A stretch of 64,000 nucleotides of DNA from Ostreococcus lucimarinus. Lineage: Eukaryota. The stretch lies in NCBI GenBank assembly GCA_000092065.1, contig CP000584.1. One strand, given 5' to 3'. Shown one piece after another: positions 1 to 8,922 of the stretch. Numbering within the stretch: position 1 is the stretch's first letter; each line of letters opens with the position of its first letter. The notes under the pieces were generated by a model, which saw only the letters and a list, made by a program, of their open reading frames with translations, searched no databases and was not told the DNA's origin. The translations under genes and the position numbers were made by a program.

Positions 1-926
1 CTCAAGGCAAGACGGTGACGCCTGTCGTGTTCGGTGCCGAGGGCAACACCATGCATTCTGCGGTCGTTCGAGAGATGGATCGTAACGCCGCATGCGGGGT
101 GAAGGTTATCAAGTTCCCGAACACTAATCCGCGGGTGTACAAGACCATCCCCATCCACTTGCCCAGCGACATGCGAAAGGATCTCAACTATAGCGCGCGC
201 ACGAAAGCCGGCGTCGCGTTGGAGTGCTTGCCGACAAAAGAAGGTCTTTTAATCGGTATCATGCTCGTGAAACCCGAAGATGAGGAAACGTGCGTCAAAT
301 TGAGCAACAAAGAATCTTTGAAGACGTTCTTCGACGAACATTTTCCGATGTTCGTGCCTTGGATCAAGGACGAAGATATCGAAAGCATGGCCAACAGCAA
401 GTTCTTCGGCTTGCCGTCGTTCGGGTACGTGGATAAGTCCCTTAATATGGGTGGTCAGGGCGCGCTTCTCGGGGATGCTATCCACACCGTGAAGCCGTAC
501 TTTGGCTTGGGTGTGAATTCGGCTTGGGAAGACGTAAAAGTGCTCGTCGAGGCTCTCGACGACGCCAACGGCGACACTTCTGTGGCGTTACCACACTACT
601 CTAAGAAGCGTGCGGCGGACGCCAAGGCGCTCGTCGATCTCTCTCGCAGCTTCGATGGAGGTTTCATGACCTTTGTCCTTCCTCTCATCGTCGATTCCAT
701 TTTCAACAAAGTCGCGCCTTGGCTCTTCATGCCCAACACGATTCAAATGCTGCAAAGGGAAGAGTGGTCTTTCAGCGCGATCGCCAAGCGCAAATGGCTC
801 GACCGTTTTATGCAAGGCACGGTCATTATGTCTTTTATGAGCGCTGTCGGGTACGCCGCGTTGCAACTGACGAGACAATACGTCTGGCCATTCGTCGCTC
901 GAGCGCTTTTGCGAGGCGGCGCGTAA
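1..926 (+). CDS. FAD-dependent monooxygenase, kynurenine 3-monooxygenase-like (3' portion; 5' end lies outside window)
   Basis: Frame open from window edge to TAA 924-926. 'GDAIHTVKPYFGLGVNSAWED' matches the flavoprotein hydroxylase GDAAH..P..GQG.N..ED fingerprint. C-terminal hydrophobic anchor as in KMO. Confidence 0.55.
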   Translation, partial: QGKTVTPVVFGAEGNTMHSAVVREMDRNAACGVKVIKFPNTNPRVYKTIPIHLPSDMRKDLNYSARTKAGVALECLPTKEGLLIGIMLVKPEDEETCVKLSNKESLKTFFDEHFPMFVPWIKDEDIESMANSKFFGLPSFGYVDKSLNMGGQGALLGDAIHTVKPYFGLGVNSAWEDVKVLVEALDDANGDTSVALPHYSKKRAADAKALVDLSRSFDGGFMTFVLPLIVDSIFNKVAPWLFMPNTIQMLQREEWSFSAIAKRKWLDRFMQGTVIMSFMSAVGYAALQLTRQYVWPFVARALLRGGA

Positions 927-1035
927 TTAAAACAGATGTGTCTTCTTTAATAATGCAAGTAATAAGCTGCTCGCGTAGAACGCACACACGCCTAAATCGA
1001 AAGAATGTCGTAAGAACTGTCCTACGAAGTAGAAT

Positions 1036-1731
1036 CTAGTAAATCCACGCTCCCCCCCCTATCGAGTTCATTGGCAGCGCGTAAGCCGCGCTCGCGAAGT
1101 ACTTTTCGAGCTGCGGAAGTGCCTTAAAGTTGGCGTGGTACCGCTTGAGCTCCGGAAACGTCTCCAACGGCGACTTCATACCGCGCCTGTTCGCGATGAT
1201 TTCGTGTTGATCCAGCATCTCGAACAGGTGAAAGTCGGCGCTCGACGGCGCGTCGCGAATCAAAAATTCCATCCCGCGTTGCTTCAGCAACGTCTCGAAT
1301 TTCGCGTAGAACTTACCCACCGTCGCGTTCATGTGATCATCGCAGTTCTTTTCGAACGCCTCCTTCGTCGTCGTCTTGCCGTTGAACGGATACACCACGC
1401 CCATCAACGCGTTCCGCAAGTCGTAGATTTCCGCCAGCGCCTGCGCGTTCGCCCATCTATGGTCCTCGCTCGCGAACGCGTCCACGCCCGTGACTTGACC
1501 CAAGAACTCGAGCACCACGCTCGAGTGCGTCACGACTTGACCGTCGCACTCGACGTACGGCAGGTTGATCAGCGCGTTCCCGCTCGCGAGCTCCGGTTTC
1601 TTCCCCGCGAACCACGATCCCGCGTCGGCGTAGTTCACGTCGGCGTAATCCGCGCCGGCGTACTCGCAGAGCATGCGCGCGGGCGCGCCGAGGCCGCGAA
1701 TCGGCCAGTATCCGAGCTCAATCTTCGGCAT
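1036..1731 (-). CDS. glutathione S-transferase, Mu-class-like
   Basis: From first ATG the product 'MPKIELGYWPIRGLGAPARMLCEYAG...LINLPYVECDGQVVTHSSVVLEFL' aligns with the GST-mu N-terminal thioredoxin-like fold. The ORF-track N-terminal extension is Arg/Pro-rich, non-coding-like. Confidence 0.7.
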   Translation of the reverse strand: MPKIELGYWPIRGLGAPARMLCEYAGADYADVNYADAGSWFAGKKPELASGNALINLPYVECDGQVVTHSSVVLEFLGQVTGVDAFASEDHRWANAQALAEIYDLRNALMGVVYPFNGKTTTKEAFEKNCDDHMNATVGKFYAKFETLLKQRGMEFLIRDAPSSADFHLFEMLDQHEIIANRRGMKSPLETFPELKRYHANFKALPQLEKYFASAAYALPMNSIGGGAWIY

Positions 1732-1849
1732 CGCGCGCGCGGTGGCGTGCTTCGCGGGCGCGCGCGCGGCGTCGCGTTGTCGCGGTCGAGCGGGCGGCGG
1801 CGGCCTTCGGGACAACGCGACGCGCGACGGCGACGACGGCGCGCGAGAC

Positions 1850-2666
1850 ATGGCGAGCGTCGCGCCGCGCGCGCGATGCGGGACGATCAAGGTGCGCGAG
1901 TTCGCGCCTCGCGAGCTCGGACGGACGCGGCGTGGGCGCGCGCGGCGACGGCGCGCGACGACGTTTTGGATATCGGTTTAGATACGGCGCGAGTTCGAAC
2001 GAAGGATGCGCGCGCGTTTCGCGAACGGACGACTGACGAACGCGCCGAGCGCGCGCACAGACTATCGTGAACGCACCGACGAAGCGAGGCGCGCGAACGA
2101 CGACGCGCGCGAGTGGTAAGGGCGATGGGAAGGATCGGGTGTACATTGGCAAGGGACGTTACGTCGAAGACGACGCCAAGAAGTACGCTGGGCGCGATAA
2201 CTGGTTCACCGGCGGATGGCCGGGCGGAGAGAAGCAACTGAAGGAAGTTTTCATTCAAGAAGAAGCGGCTGCGGCCGCGCAGGCGGCGAAGGAGAGCGCG
2301 AAGAATGAGCTTCCAGAGTACGCCAAGGGCGACGATACTATTTACGTCGGCAAGGGTAAATACGTTAAAGGTGACGCGAAAAAGTTCGCAGGTCGCGATA
2401 ACTTGTTGACGGGCGGGTGGGCCGGTGGTGAGGTCGGACTGAAGGTTGGGGAGAAGCTGAAGATGAAGAAGGGTGATTTAGTCAAGGTGGCGGCGGGCGG
2501 CGGTTTCTTCGGCATGGGCGGTAAGCCCCAGCGCGTCGGCACCGTTCGCAAAGTGAACGTCAAGAAGAACGGCGATTGCACGATTGAAATCGCCGTGTTG
2601 CCGTTCGATCGCGTCGAAACCGTGGACAGTTCTCTGTGCACGCCGACCACACTGGAGGAAATGTAA
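1850..2666 (+). CDS. plastid-targeted protein with tandem ~45-aa repeats (two exons: 1850-1891, 2061-2666)
   Basis: ATG 1850 encodes 'MASVAPRARCGTIK', then donor GTGCGCGAG at 1892 and acceptor CACAG at 2060. Exon 2 continues in frame ('TIVNAPTKRGARTTTRASGKGD...'). Repeats 'YIGKGRYVEDDAKKYAGRDNWFTGGWPGGE' and 'YVGKGKYVKGDAKKFAGRDNLLTGGWAGGE' are followed by a KOW/SH3-like C-terminus. The ORF-track 'M' at 2067 is GTG with no in-frame ATG, which requires the upstream exon. Confidence 0.6.
1892..2060 (+). other. spliceosomal intron (GT-AG, 169 nt) with GTGCGCGAG 5'ss and GACGACTGACGAACG branch motif
   Basis: Joins the 1850 ATG exon in phase 0 to the 2061 exon. Shares motifs with the other introns in the window. 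Confidence 0.6.
2662..2666 (+). promoter_or_regulatory. TGTAA polyadenylation-type signal overlapping the TAA stop
   Basis: 'gaaaTGTAAacg'. TGTAA is the canonical green-algal poly(A) signal. Similar motifs at 24519-24523 and 38564-38568. Confidence 0.4.
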
Positions 2667-2760
2667 ACGCGTGAACGCTCGTTCTCGAATGACCGCGCCG
2701 CGACGACAGGAACCAGGGGTCTGACGCTCTCGTCCGAACTCGTCCTATCGCGAGTTTCGT

Positions 2761-2802
2761 TAATATTCAATACTTTAATATTCAATACTTTAATATTCAA
2801 TA
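2761..2802. repeat. AT-rich 15-nt tandem repeat (taatattcaatactt x ~2.8)
   Basis: Direct reading: 'taatattcaatactttaatattcaatactttaatattcaatac' lies in the GC-rich 3' intergenic region. Confidence 0.85.
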
Positions 2803-2888
2803 CACACCGATACCGACACCACCGCGAACGATCGTACGCGTCGCCGCCGCAGCCGCCGCCTGCGCCGGTCCTCAGACGCCGGCGGTTC

Positions 2889-3266
2889 ATGCCCGCCGCC
2901 GCGCCACCGGCATCCCCTTCGACGCCGTCGGCGACGATATCTACCGCGCCCACGCACCCCGCCAACTGCTTGTGCTGCATCGGCGGCCCCGACCTGTCGT
3001 TCGAGCGCGCCGTCTTTTCCATCCTCGCATTGAAGTTGGGCTTTGAGTACGACACCGCGGCGAAGTTTATTCGTCTCTGCCGCGCCTCGCCTCGAATGGT
3101 GCTGAGTAAAGGCAAGTTTAAGGTCGCATCGAAGGTGCGAGGGAAAGATATCGACGCGCTGAGCGCGGAGGAGGTGCAGAGGGTGCAGGATGCGGTGCTA
3201 GGCGAGTACGCGGGGACGCTGGCGTTGGAAGAGAAGCAAAGAATCGACGCCGGTACGCGACGTTGA
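2889..3266 (+). CDS. hypothetical protein (125 aa); possibly a 5' exon of the downstream adenylation-domain gene
   Basis: ATG-initiated ORF with non-Arg-biased composition ('...MVLSKGKFKVASKVRGKDIDALSAEEVQRVQDAVLGEYAGTLALEEKQRID'). Its TGA stop is only 8 bp upstream of the next ATG on the same strand. Confidence 0.35.
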   Translation: MPAAAPPASPSTPSATISTAPTHPANCLCCIGGPDLSFERAVFSILALKLGFEYDTAAKFIRLCRASPRMVLSKGKFKVASKVRGKDIDALSAEEVQRVQDAVLGEYAGTLALEEKQRIDAGTRR

Positions 3267-3273
3267 CGTCGCG

Positions 3274-5865
3274 ATGGTGAACGCAGATGGACTACACACG
3301 GTGTGTGATTACGCACGATGGAGAGCGTGCGATCCCACGACGCGATTTCGCGAGGCGGTGCGATATTATGAAACGTTGAACGGCGCGCCGACGACGTTGC
3401 GCTTTGGCGAACTTGTCGACGAGGCGACGCGTTTGAGCGATTTTTTCGCGCCGTACGCGAAGTCAGCGGTACGTGACTCTCCGCCTTGTTGCGTGATCAC
3501 GCTTGAAGACGGCGTGGAAGTGTTCACATGCCAGTTGGCGGCGATGTTTGCAGGTATGGCGGTGTCACCGATGAGTACGCGAGATCCTGCAAAACGATTG
3601 GCGAGCGTCTTTGCAGACGCGGATGTCCGCATCGTGATCGTTCGTGATGGGGACGAGGCATTGAAGGTGGGCGAACTCACGAATGCGAAAGTTTTTACCG
3701 TCGAAGCGTTATTCAGGGCCCAACAACGATCAGCCACTGCGACCATCGCAGTAAAAGCCGACGACGCCTCGCACGTGTTTTTCACGAGTGGATCTACGGG
3801 GCGACCGAAGGGCTGCGTGGCTTCACACGCCGCGCTGTTGTCATACTGCGAAGCGAAGAACATTGCACATGAAATTGACGGTACAAGTGTTGTGTACTGT
3901 GCGAGCAGTCACATGTTTGACCCGCACTTTACGGATTTTTGCAGCGCCATCGTCGCCGGCTGTACGTTGACTTCAGCGTCGCGTGAAGTCACGTTCGCGC
4001 GACTCGGTGATGCTTTGCGAGTATCGAGCGCAACGCATTGTTTGACGACGCCTATTTTGCTCAGTTCGGTACGAGAAATTCCGAGTTTGAAATATTTGCG
4101 GCTCGTCGCGCTCGGCGGAGAAACGATGTCTAAATCGCTCGCGCAAGCTTGGCTCGATGCCGGCGTTCGAGTGGCAAACACATACGGCGTCACGGAATGT
4201 GTCGCGTATCAGACGTTCTGTGAGATAAAACAAGCGTCAAACGATGACTTGCGCACGTTGGGGGATCCACTTCCGGGTAATACATTCATATTTGCCGCCG
4301 ATCCCGGCGACGATCCGACGTTGACGGCGAAAGCGGGCGAGCTTGCAGAACTATGGATCGGCGGGCGCCAGGTCGGGAACGGATATTTGAACCGTCCTGA
4401 GCTCACATCGGCGCGTTTTAAAAATAATTTGTACCGAACGGGCGACATAGTTAAAGTTTCCTCCGACGGCCAGCACATTCTCGTCGGACGTCGCGACGAT
4501 CAAGTGAAGATAAGCGGTCAGCGCGTCGAGCTTGGAGAAGTTGAAGACGCGATTCGCCGTACGTGCAGCGCGTTCACACGTGAAGTGAAGTGTGTTCTGG
4601 CAAGTACAACAAAACAGCTCATCGCTTATTGCACTGGATCTTTCACGGACGTTGACACCGTGGTCACGGCGGCCATGCGATATGCCGTCGCCCGAGAGAT
4701 TCCTCAGCACATGGTTCCATCCATGTTTGTGTTTTTGGACGAGTTGCCGATGACGTCGACAGGAAAAGTTTCGCGCGCGGATTTGTCGCGGCGCGAAGTC
4801 GATGTGCGCGAGCAGGGATGCGCAATCAAGTTTGGTGAGTTTGGTGCGGATTTGGCACGAATATGGTCAGATGAGCTTGGTGTCGATGTAACGCACGGTG
4901 ATGCGGATTTCACAGCGAATGGTGGCGACTCGCTACGAGCGCTTAGAGTAGTTCAGCGAGTAAAAGCGCTCATCATAAAAGAAGACGTCGACGCTGGTGG
5001 TGGTACGTTCGGCGAAGCACTCGGGGCGTTTGCGCCCATCGAACTGTTACAGCGCTCACGGCTAAATGACTACGCGCGCTTTATTCGCGGCAGCGTCGAA
5101 GACTGGCCTTCAAGATATGCCACGGATTCAGACGCCGATGAAGCCGAGGCAACGCTCAGTGATATCGATATCGGCTTGCACGTATTGATTCGCGCATCAG
5201 CGGCAGGTCACGTGAGTTTGGTAAAGCTGCTCGTCGATGCAGGCGTTAGCGTCGATCCAAACTCACGCTCAACGCCGCTCCACGTGGCGTGCGCCAATGC
5301 GCGCGTCGAATGCGTGCGAGCGCTCCTTGATTCCGGTGCCTCCGTGAACGCGCTCGGTACTAGCAGAAGAACGCCGTTGATATTTGCCGTTTCTTCGCCG
5401 ATGTGTACATCTGAGCTCGTGAAGATTCTGTTGGGACGTGGCGCCGCGATTGGCGCAGTCGACGAGGACAAGCAAACTGTTTTGCACGCCGCGGCGCGGG
5501 TGGGCGCGGCGTCTTCGGTCATCGGCACCTTACTCGACGCGCAGTCTACTTCATCCGCGAAAGGTAAAGCGTCAAAAAAAGCGTTGATGTTGCACGTCAA
5601 CGCTCTCGATGTCTGGGGACGTACCGCCTTGCACTGGGCCTCGGTAAACGGCCATCGCAACGCGTGCAAATCGCTCCTCGAGCGAGACGTAGACGCATCG
5701 ATCAAAGATGTCAACGGCGAAACCGCGCGCGACATAGCCGAACGCCGCGCGCTGTGTAGCGCCCAGGAGCGCCCCAGAGGCGGTCGGCCGAGCACGTGGG
5801 GCGACATCGCCAACTTACTCGGCGGAAGCGGAGCTACGAAACACCTCAAAGCGTCTCTGGCGTAA
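3274..5865 (+). CDS. NRPS-like single-module enzyme: adenylation domain - thiolation (PCP) domain - ankyrin repeats
   Basis: Adenylation motifs 'FFTSGSTGRPKGCVASHAAL', 'NTYGVTECV', 'YRTGDIVK', 'GRRDDQVKISGQRVELGEVE', 'PMTSTGKVSRADL'. Phosphopantetheine site 'ANGGDSLRALRV'. C-terminal ankyrin repeats ('TPLHVACANARVECVRALLDSGASVN', 'RTALHWASVNGHRNACKSLLERDVD'). Confidence 0.85.
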   Translation: MVNADGLHTVCDYARWRACDPTTRFREAVRYYETLNGAPTTLRFGELVDEATRLSDFFAPYAKSAVRDSPPCCVITLEDGVEVFTCQLAAMFAGMAVSPMSTRDPAKRLASVFADADVRIVIVRDGDEALKVGELTNAKVFTVEALFRAQQRSATATIAVKADDASHVFFTSGSTGRPKGCVASHAALLSYCEAKNIAHEIDGTSVVYCASSHMFDPHFTDFCSAIVAGCTLTSASREVTFARLGDALRVSSATHCLTTPILLSSVREIPSLKYLRLVALGGETMSKSLAQAWLDAGVRVANTYGVTECVAYQTFCEIKQASNDDLRTLGDPLPGNTFIFAADPGDDPTLTAKAGELAELWIGGRQVGNGYLNRPELTSARFKNNLYRTGDIVKVSSDGQHILVGRRDDQVKISGQRVELGEVEDAIRRTCSAFTREVKCVLASTTKQLIAYCTGSFTDVDTVVTAAMRYAVAREIPQHMVPSMFVFLDELPMTSTGKVSRADLSRREVDVREQGCAIKFGEFGADLARIWSDELGVDVTHGDADFTANGGDSLRALRVVQRVKALIIKEDVDAGGGTFGEALGAFAPIELLQRSRLNDYARFIRGSVEDWPSRYATDSDADEAEATLSDIDIGLHVLIRASAAGHVSLVKLLVDAGVSVDPNSRSTPLHVACANARVECVRALLDSGASVNALGTSRRTPLIFAVSSPMCTSELVKILLGRGAAIGAVDEDKQTVLHAAARVGAASSVIGTLLDAQSTSSAKGKASKKALMLHVNALDVWGRTALHWASVNGHRNACKSLLERDVDASIKDVNGETARDIAERRALCSAQERPRGGRPSTWGDIANLLGGSGATKHLKASLA

Positions 5866-5924
5866 ACGCGCCTCGCAGAGTTACATTGTACATTCTAGAT
5901 AATCCCTCACGCAACGAACGCGCG

Positions 5925-6383
5925 CTACCATAACATATCATCATCCGCATCGTCTTCACCGTCCTCGATCCCCTCGCTCGTCGTCATCGCTCCGATCGCC
6001 CTCGCCGCGTGTTCCGCCGTCTCCGCGTCCGCCCCGCTCGTCGCCGCGAAGTACGCCGCGTTCCTCTTCTTCACCTCCCGCTTCGCCGCCTCCCCCAGCG
6101 CCTCTCGCGGGGCGTCGTCACCACTTCGACGCATCGCTCGCTGTCTCGCGCGCACCGCCTGCTTGTTCATCCGCTTCACGTCCAGCGCGTGTTTATTATT
6201 CGTGCGCTTTTTCGCCTTTTTCGCACCCGCGCCGCCGCCGCCGCCGCCGTCGCCGCCGCCGCCGCGCCGCGCCGTCGCCGTTCCCGCCGCGCCGCTCCCG
6301 AGCGACTCCAACGCGCGCGCGAGTTGATCCTTGAGCAATCGCCGCGACATGTCGTCCCGCGTCGCGTCGCGATGTCGCGCCAT
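5925..6383 (-). CDS. hypothetical small basic/acidic protein
   Basis: ATG at 6381-6383. Lys-rich segments ('AKKAKKRTNNKHALDVKRMNKQAVRARQ') are unusual for spurious ORFs in GC-rich DNA. Acidic C-terminus '...EDDADDDMLW'. Confidence 0.4.
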   Translation of the reverse strand: MARHRDATRDDMSRRLLKDQLARALESLGSGAAGTATARRGGGGDGGGGGGAGAKKAKKRTNNKHALDVKRMNKQAVRARQRAMRRSGDDAPREALGEAAKREVKKRNAAYFAATSGADAETAEHAARAIGAMTTSEGIEDGEDDADDDMLW

Positions 6384-6400
6384 CGCGACGCGCGCGCGCG

Positions 6401-7189
6401 ATGTCGCGCGACGCCGACGCCGACGCGAGCGACGCCGACGCCGACGCGAGCGACGCCGACGACGCGCCGCGCGGCGAGGACCTGTACGCGATCCTCGGCC
6501 TGCGCAAGGAGGCGAATCCGTCGGCGAAGGACATCAAGCGCGCGTACCATCGCAAAGCGCTCGAACTTCATCCCGATAAAAACGTCGGCGACGCGAGCGC
6601 GGCGGGAAAGTTTCAGACGCTGCAGCGCGTGTACGGCGTGCTGAGCGACGAGACGAAGCGACGGACGTACGACGCGACGGGAAGGGTGGAGGACGCGGAG
6701 TTGGGAGGGGAGGCGTTTCAAAATCTGTACGAATATTACCGCGGGGCGTATAAGGAGGTGTCGACGGAGGATATCGAGGCGTTCGAGCGGGAGTATCGGG
6801 GAAGCGAGGCGGAAAAACGAGATGTGCTGGAGCGCTACGCGAAGTACGAGGGAGACATGACGCGGGTGTTCGCGTGGGTGATGTGTAGCGAGGAGGCGGA
6901 CGATTCGCATCGATTCGCCGACGTCGTGGACGAAGCCGTGAGGGATGGACGCGCGGAGTCGTACGCGGTGTACGAGGCGTGGGCGCGAGAGGTGAGGAAA
7001 CGAAAGGCGCCGAAAGATCCGCTGGGGGCGCGGAAGGTGAAAAAGGGGACTAAGAAGGGTGGCGGCGACGACGCGGATTTGTTTGCGCTCATTCAACGCA
7101 AGAACGCGATGCGAGCGGATCAGGCGGATGATATGTTCGCCGCGCTCGAGGCAAAGTACGCGCCGAAGAAAAGAACGAAGAAGAACTAG
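6401..7189 (+). CDS. DNAJC9: DnaJ homolog subfamily C member 9-like J-protein
   Basis: J domain 'DLYAILGLRKEANPSAKDIKRAYHRKALELHPDKN...YGVLSDETKRRTYD'. Downstream region collinear with DNAJC9 ('GDMTRVFAWVMCSEE', '...FAALEAKYAPKKRTKKN'). Confidence 0.85.
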   Translation: MSRDADADASDADADASDADDAPRGEDLYAILGLRKEANPSAKDIKRAYHRKALELHPDKNVGDASAAGKFQTLQRVYGVLSDETKRRTYDATGRVEDAELGGEAFQNLYEYYRGAYKEVSTEDIEAFEREYRGSEAEKRDVLERYAKYEGDMTRVFAWVMCSEEADDSHRFADVVDEAVRDGRAESYAVYEAWAREVRKRKAPKDPLGARKVKKGTKKGGGDDADLFALIQRKNAMRADQADDMFAALEAKYAPKKRTKKN

Positions 7190-7221
7190 CTATTGTCAAT
7201 AATCTCAAGATGTGTGGACGC

Positions 7222-8922
7222 TCACAAGAAGAATCCTTTGCGAATGGGCGCGTTGGGAGGCTTGGCCTCGACGACGTTTGCGCCGAGCGCGTGCTTGCAA
7301 ATTTTGCCTTTCGCGTCGCCACTGTACAGCGCCTTACCATCGGTTGTTACCACAATGGCGTTCACGTCAGCGTCGTGAATAGTCGTTTTGAACATGAGTT
7401 CGCCATCCGTGACGCGCCAAACGCTTAATTCGCCGTCGCCGCGAATGATCGAATACGGTTTCGGCGCTTGCGCCGCTTTGGAACTTCCGATGACGATGAA
7501 AGGATCGTTCTTAATCGTACATAATGAGTTGACATATCCTTCCTGACCACCAACTGATCGCACCCATTGTAACGATAATTTGCCGCTCTTTCCTCGCACG
7601 TCGTGGATGCGCACGCTGCCATCCGCACCGGCGCAATAGAGCGTTCGACCGTCTTTCGCGATCGTCATCTCTCGCACCGCGGAAGTCATCTTCGTGGTCG
7701 AGTGAGGCTGCATCGGTGTGACTTTCGACTTCAAGTCCCATATCGCGATGTATGCATCGAGCGAACCACTCACGATGGCGCTGTTAACTCTCACCAACGA
7801 CGTGACGCAGTCGCTGTGAAATTCCAAATGTTTCACTGTTCCAATTTCTCTCTCACCCGCAGCAGCGCTCTCGAAACATCGATCATACGCATCAACGTCA
7901 TCGATGTCGTCGAGTTTGCTCGTATGCTTGAACGTGAGGTCCTCGCCACTGCTTCTTTCTTCGTTTGTAGGCGAAGACGTTAAATCCCACACATAAACTC
8001 TTCCATCTCGCAACAAGGGCGACGCCAGATAAATGATCGACAAGTCGTCGTTCGCCGCCATCGAACGACACTGTGGCGCGGTGTTTGTGTATTTGGACAG
8101 CTTTTTTACGTTGACGTATTTAAAAACATCGGCGAAATCGCTGTGCGGCGCGCTCCACGTCGTCGTCTCTCCGTTGTCCAGCGACACCTTACTCCATCCA
8201 CCATTTTCGTACCCGACGAGCGCTTCGCCGCTGGCTTTCGATATTTGCAACATCCGCACGGGTGTGTTTGCGTTGTTAAACTCGTCTCCGGTGGCGTTCA
8301 CCGGCGTTGGATAAAAGCTCCGCATCGCGCCAGCGCCAACGTCGCCGCTTGCTCGAATCTGCTTCACCACGCCGTTCGTCATCCCGACGTACACGCTCGC
8401 CCCATCCGGCGCGATCGTCATCACGCGCACACCCTCGCGCACGAACTCCCCCTCGCCTTCGCGCGAAACTGCCTCTGGAACGACGACGCGCTCGAACGCC
8501 GCGCGCGTCGTCTTCATCTTTTCCGCCCGCGCCGGCGCCGACGTCGCGGTCCCGCCCAAACTCAAAGTCGTCGTCGAAGACGACGACGACGACGCTCCAT
8601 CGACCGCGACCGCGTCGAGATCCACCATTTGCGGCGGTGTCTCCCGCGTCCGCGGTCGGCGATGCTTCGCGTACCGCCCCGCGACTTTCCTCGCCCTTCG
8701 CTCGCGATCGCCCTCCCCATCGAGCGTTTCTTCATCGACCACCTCCACTTCGCGTATCCGCACCATCGCCCGCGCCGCCCCGCCCCGCCTCGCCTTCGCC
8801 GCGCCGCGACGTCTCGTCGACCTTCCTCGTCGCGCCTCGCGCTCGCGCGCGCGCGCGTCGATCTCGCGCGCGTCCGACTGGTCAGAGACGCGTCGCCCTC
8901 CCGAGCGTTTTTTTTTAATCAT
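7222..8922 (-). CDS. WD40-repeat protein
   Basis: First ATG ('MIKKKRSGG') at ~8920-8922. Multiple WD repeats ('GRVYVWDL', 'YIAIWDL', 'GSVRIHDV', 'KALYSGDAKGKI'). The longer ORF-track N-terminus is Arg-rich junk. Confidence 0.65.
   Translation of the reverse strand: MIKKKRSGGRRVSDQSDAREIDARAREREARRGRSTRRRGAAKARRGGAARAMVRIREVEVVDEETLDGEGDRERRARKVAGRYAKHRRPRTRETPPQMVDLDAVAVDGASSSSSSTTTLSLGGTATSAPARAEKMKTTRAAFERVVVPEAVSREGEGEFVREGVRVMTIAPDGASVYVGMTNGVVKQIRASGDVGAGAMRSFYPTPVNATGDEFNNANTPVRMLQISKASGEALVGYENGGWSKVSLDNGETTTWSAPHSDFADVFKYVNVKKLSKYTNTAPQCRSMAANDDLSIIYLASPLLRDGRVYVWDLTSSPTNEERSSGEDLTFKHTSKLDDIDDVDAYDRCFESAAAGEREIGTVKHLEFHSDCVTSLVRVNSAIVSGSLDAYIAIWDLKSKVTPMQPHSTTKMTSAVREMTIAKDGRTLYCAGADGSVRIHDVRGKSGKLSLQWVRSVGGQEGYVNSLCTIKNDPFIVIGSSKAAQAPKPYSIIRGDGELSVWRVTDGELMFKTTIHDADVNAIVVTTDGKALYSGDAKGKICKHALGANVVEAKPPNAPIRKGFFL

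Noticed and set aside
866-900. 'CAACTGACGAG' branch-like motif inside the KMO-like coding region
   Set aside because: The reading frame is continuous and collinear with the KMO C-terminus through this point, and no GTGCG donor lies upstream in a suitable position. Judged a chance match.
1990-2010. 'GAGTTCGAACGAAGG' and 'GCGTTCGAACGAG' resembling a tRNA T-arm (GGTTCGAATCC)
   Set aside because: No acceptor-stem or anticodon-arm complementarity nearby. Both sit inside introns and are better explained as a shared introner-family block. No tRNA or rRNA genes identified in the window.
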